Positions 59,291 to 64,000 of a stretch of DNA of 64,000 nt are shown here, in pieces. Source of the DNA: Tubulanus polymorphus (Eukaryota > Animalia > Nemertea). A program made the position numbers and the translations under genes. The stretch is from contig NC_134028.1 in NCBI RefSeq assembly GCF_964204645.1, forward strand, positions 14,019,653 through 14,083,652, read 5' to 3'. Under the pieces are notes generated by a model that saw nothing but the letters and a program-made list of their open reading frames with translations, searched no databases and was not told the origin of the DNA. The first letter of the stretch is position 1. Every line of letters begins with the position of its first letter.

Positions 59291-62235
59291 AGTAATTGTA
59301 ATATGGCGTTTTCAGGCCAGAGGACGAGAGGACGACTCACCACTCATCACCACAAGTAATTTTTCCTCATAACAAATGGGAGATAGAAAAGCATTCTTAG
59401 CAACAATAAATAACAGAATAAAACCAACAAAAAAACATTTTGAAATAAAAAAGTTAGTCGATGTTACAAAAGAAATTGAACACAAAAAATTGAAATTAGA
59501 AAAGATAAAAAGTAAATATGAGAGAGAAAGTAACAGCAAATTTAAGCTACTGTAATGTTAGTACAACGCGAGAATTTAAAGTATTTTTACCTAATAAATG
59601 GGTTGCATTGAGTACAGAGGAGTTAAAAGATTTAGAAGGATTTAAAATAATTTACCATGGGAAAAATGAAGACGGGCATCATGATCTAGAAGTTGTTGAT
59701 TAAAAAATAAATTGATAATGAAAAAAATAACAAAATGAAAATCAAAAATCCGAAATGCTGGACAATTTGATTGATTGAGGCGCTGACGAGAAATGTCGAT
59801 TGCGTTGTGCTGTACAGTGAGTGCGCGTAACAGCAGCTGCGCTTGGATAGATCGACGTGGCGAGGCATTGACGAGAACGGTCTACAGTGCGTTGCTATAT
59901 ATAGTAGTACAGTGATTGTGTACCAGCTGTGCTCGGATAGATCGATGCAGCGAGGCTTGGACGAGAACAGTTATTTACGTGTTCGCTATATACAGGGGGA
60001 AGGTGACCGCGCTCATATGATCCAGGTTCATTTAATGAATTAAATTTTTTTTTTGCTTTTTTTAATCACTCATCACTGGAAGTAATTTTGTTCTAATAAA
60101 TGGGAGACAGTGAGTACCAGACAGAAAAAATGATGTTAATGAAAATCAATATTATTATACATATTGTAAAAAATACATTGATAAATCTAATAAATATCGG
60201 CATGAAAAAACTGCAAATCATATAAAAAATGTTATAGATTTTGAAACTCCAGAAAATTCCAATGAAAAAAAAAGGAACAATCAGAAAATATGAATATAGA
60301 TGAAATAAAATGTGAAGTTTGTAATGAATTAATAGCAAAAAGGAATTATAAAAGACATCTCGATTCGCAAAAACACAAACAAAATTTAAGTAATAATGTT
60401 TTAGGAACAGATTATTTTGATGATAAACCTCAACAAGTAAAAAAACCAGTTTCAAAAACTAAATCCATTTCAAATAAACCTTACATGGAAAATGTTAGAA
60501 ATTATATCGATTCACTAGAAATAAAAGATACGATTGAAATTTTAGAAACATTACGCAGTAAAATTGGACCTGCGGCTATTATATTTAGATTTTTTTAAAG
60601 GAGCAACAATAGAAGATTATAGTAAATTTATTGAAATCATGGAAAAAATAATGGACTTTATTACAAATGTTGACAGATTACAGATGAGAAAGTAAGTTTT
60701 GCAAAATCAGAAGAAAAAATGGATTGTAATATTCAAACACACTCTGAAGAAATAATTTGATAGGAGAAGAAATTAAGAATTAATAAGAGAAGTTAGAAAA
60801 AATATTTAATGAATTTGAAAGGTCATATTGAGGAAAGATATTTTGAGGGTTCTGGTTTAACATTGAATGAAATTATATTTTTAGATTTAAATACAAAGAG
60901 AAATAAAGCATCAAAAAGTAAAACAATCTTTAAAAATGATTCAAACTTTACAACAGAAAAGGATATTAAAGGAACAAGTTATATCAAATTACCATTTACA
61001 ACAAAAGCAGTAATAAATGTTCAAAATGAAGATAATAAATGTTTTCTATGGTCAATTATTAGTTGCTTACATCCTACAGAAGAACATGTTTATAGAATAA
61101 CAGATTACCGGAAATATGAAACATTATATGAAATTGATCAATATCCTGTAACTATAAAAATGATTCCTAAAATAGAAAAAGTTAATAATTAAAAAATAAA
61201 TGTATTCGAATTAATGCAATTACAAGAGACAAAAGGTGAAAATATTAAAGATTATACATTGGAAGCTTTATATTTAACAGAATATTATAATGATGAAAAT
61301 GTTATAGATTTGTTATATTACAAAAAAGATGAAAATGAATATTACATGTGGTTAAAACAAATAGAATTATTCTTTAGAACAGAAAGTGATTTTAACAGTC
61401 ATATAATATATTAATGTAGAAAATGTTTATCTGAATTTAGAACTGAAAATGCATTACTAAAACATAAACAATTATGTGATGATAAAGATTTTTGTAAATT
61501 GATAATGCCAACAAAAATAGATTGTAAGTAGAAATTTACTAATCATAAATTTAAAAATATTGTTCCATTTGGAATTTATGGGGATTTTGAATCGTTGAAT
61601 AAAGAATTAACTGATCAAGATAGAAAAGAAATATATAACAAAAAGCAATTTTTAAAATCAATGGATAAAGGAAATGAACTAAATGAAGATATGATTCAAG
61701 ACCCACCAATTATAAATACAATTAAAAAAGTTCATCAAAGAGCTGCTGCTTATAGAATTTATATGAAATCAAATTATCCTGAATTATATAAAAGTCAATA
61801 TATTTCTTTTAGAGGTGAAGATGTAGTAAATGAATTTTGTAATAAAATAATTGAAATAGAAAATGATATCGCAAAATTATTAAACAAAAATAAAAGAATG
61901 GTTACGACAAGAGAAGATGAAATTGATTTTAATTATGCAACTCATTGTTGTTATTGTGAAAAACGTTTTTATTCATTTGATAAAAAAATTTAGAGATCAT
62001 GATTATTTAAATTCAAAATATCGTGGAACTGCTCATGAAGATTGCAATTTACAAGCTAAGAAAGTCAATTTCGTACCAATATTATTTCAAAATTTATCAG
62101 GCTATTATACCCATCTATTTACAAAACAATTATCAGGAAAATTGGGCGCAATTAATCAAGAAATAGAAGAATATAATGCTATGAATGAAGCAAATGTAAG
62201 AAAATATGATTTTAAACTATTAGCTTAGACATCTG
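59291..62235 (+). mobile_element. Left end of a more divergent Polinton: terminus, OB-fold gene, decayed polB
   Basis: agtaattgtaatatggcgttttc terminus-like sequence; VFLPNKW...IIYHGKNEDGHH; SYIKLPF, NKCFLWS, RDHDY...CNLQAKK. Confidence 0.85.
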
Positions 62236-62452
62236 GGGCCGGTTGTTCAAAGGTTGTTTAATTTTAACCAGTCGTTAAGACTAACGACTGGTTAAAATCC
62301 CTAACGAGTCGTTACTTAAACACTCGTTTAAAGACTGTTTAGATCGGTTGCTCAAAGACTGTTTAAGCCTTTGGTTGACTAACGAGTCGTTATCTTTTTT
62401 TTAACTAGTAGTTAAGTCCTAAACAGTGTTTAGCCTCATTTTCAAAATCAAA

Positions 62453-63610
62453 ATGGCTGCAAACATGGAATCTGTGTCAGTTAAACCTGCTCAACAAAAC
62501 ATTAGAAATAAAAGAAAAACTAACTTCAGTGTAAAAGAAATCGATCTGTTAACTAGCCTAGTGAGAGAAAACTACGATTTATTGACCAGCAGCTTCACTA
62601 ACAGTGTTACAAATCGGAAAAAACATGATAAGTGGGTGGAGATAAGTAAGTCGGTGAGTTCTCTTGGAATTTGTGAGAGGACACCTGCTGCTGTAAAGGA
62701 AAAGTGGCGGCAGCTTTGTGTAACTGCCAAGGCCACAGTAGGAGGCTATCAGCGGGAGAGTCGGAAAACTGGAGGAGGACCTGCACCTACTCAGCCAGCA
62801 CCAGTTATCAACGAGATTATTGCCATCCAAGAAGAGCGAGGGAATCCATCCTTTTTTGGAATAGAAGGTGGTGTGGAAACTACCTTTTTGAGCGATTTAA
62901 CAACTATTGGTGAGTTAATCTATCGTGTATCATTTTATTCAAATACTATTAAAAGGGCTTTTTATGATTTTTGGGTCTGATTTGGTAACATATTTTCAAT
63001 CGTCTGCTTTTGTTTTGGTTTCTAGCCAACGACCTTCAGACCGGCTTCTAGTGACTGTGATTTAGTTCGCACATAGGCCTATAAGAGCTAATTAAAGCCC
63101 TCTGGACTTACTGATTATTTAAATGCTTACCTTTACATACTTTCTCATTGTCTGATATGAAAATCAATGCTAGATTCCGGCCATTATAACTGTTAACTTA
63201 GGCAACATGACAGTCATGTACAGCAAAGTTCAAGAAGAACCTAAAACTACTAGTGGAGGGTGTACCTAAATTGCGGTTACGGATTTGGAATTTGGCTCGG
63301 TCCAATTCAATTCTATGTCAATCAGCTTTTTATTACCTCATCTTACTCAGTGGGTTGATTTCTCATTTTCAGATGCTTATGAATTACAATCGCTGATTGA
63401 CAACATTCGGAACCAAAGCCGAAAGTTACAGAGGAGCAAGAGAAGCTGACACCTACGCTGCCGGAGTCAGTAGTAGCAAAACTGCCAAAACGGAGGAAGT
63501 TTACCACTGATGACCGATTGCAGCTTCAGTGCGAGTTGCTGGTTGTCCAGAAAGAAGTGGCAGAACTCCAAAAACAAAAATTACTTCTGGAAATTAGAAG
63601 AAGAATTTAA
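62453..63610 (+). CDS. Harbinger Myb/SANT-like DNA-binding protein (intron-containing; exon structure only partly resolved)
   Basis: RKTNFS..E...L, KW.EI, RT...VKEKW, KTGGGP; donor GTGAGT at 62910; coiled-coil C-terminus near 63480-63610. Confidence 0.8.
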
Positions 63611-63704
63611 AGATTCCGTTTCATGTTTATAATTATCCAATACAACGTATGATTTAATGTTTTTTTCAATTTTATTAAAGATTGTTCCCATGATTAGATT
63701 GATT

Positions 63705-64000
63705 TTAGTCATTGAAATGCCTGGCCGCAAATCTGGCTCTGAATGCCACGCTATCAAAATTTGGTGGTGCAAAGACGTCACCAAACTCCATTTCGTCGAC
63801 GACATCTGCGGGCTCTGGTTCATTCAACTGTATAGCTATGTTGTGTAGTATGGCACAGCACAAAACGATCTTACAGACACGTCCGGGTGTCATTCTTATT
63901 TCTCTGTGTAGAATGTGCGTTTAAAGATTCCAAAAGCCCTTTCTATGATGCTTCTGGTACTTTTATGAGAGCCGTTGTACCTTCTCTCTGCCCTTGAGTA
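63705..64000 (-). pseudogene. Harbinger (HARBI1-type) DDE transposase C-terminus
   Basis: [24 protein letters not shown] and CCAILHNIA, with a small deletion between them. Confidence 0.9.

Larger units (their letters stand above)
62236..64000. mobile_element. PIF/Harbinger transposon (left part), inserted in polB
   Basis: CTG then gggccggttgttcaaa terminus; convergent Myb/SANT and transposase genes. Confidence 0.88.

Overview
AT-rich eukaryotic (invertebrate-like; host not identifiable) repeat-dense region with no recognisable host gene. It is dominated by one family of Polinton/Maverick (adintovirus-like) endogenous DNA viruses. There are two complete copies in opposite orientation: 2295-19546 with TSD CACTGG, and 32879-51368 with TSD AGCAT-like AGCAAT, the latter inserted into a BEL/Pao retrotransposon. 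Five further fragments of related families are also present. Each complete copy encodes protein-primed PolB, chromodomain rve integrase, A32/FtsK packaging ATPase, a probable double-jelly-roll MCP, a penton, a probable OB-fold protein and several membrane proteins, but no recognisable adenain protease; PolB is broken in both. Four features stand out. (i) Nearly all viral genes start in a T-run/6-7 nt/TAAATG motif matching poxvirus late promoters, suggesting a virophage-like dependence on a cytoplasmic large DNA virus. (ii) One exceptional HTH-like gene has a host Pol II-type promoter (two perfect heat-shock elements, UPRE/ATF and AP-1 motifs, TATA box, probable 5' UTR intron) and adjacent palindromic repeats that differ between the copies. 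(iii) Each terminus is itself a ~400-bp palindrome. (iv) The TIRs vary in length and overwrite internal genes. The rest is Helentron/HINE-like repeats, LINE and Penelope relics, a Kolobok-like MITE and a PIF/Harbinger transposon. All family assignments are from motif recognition by eye, not from database searches.
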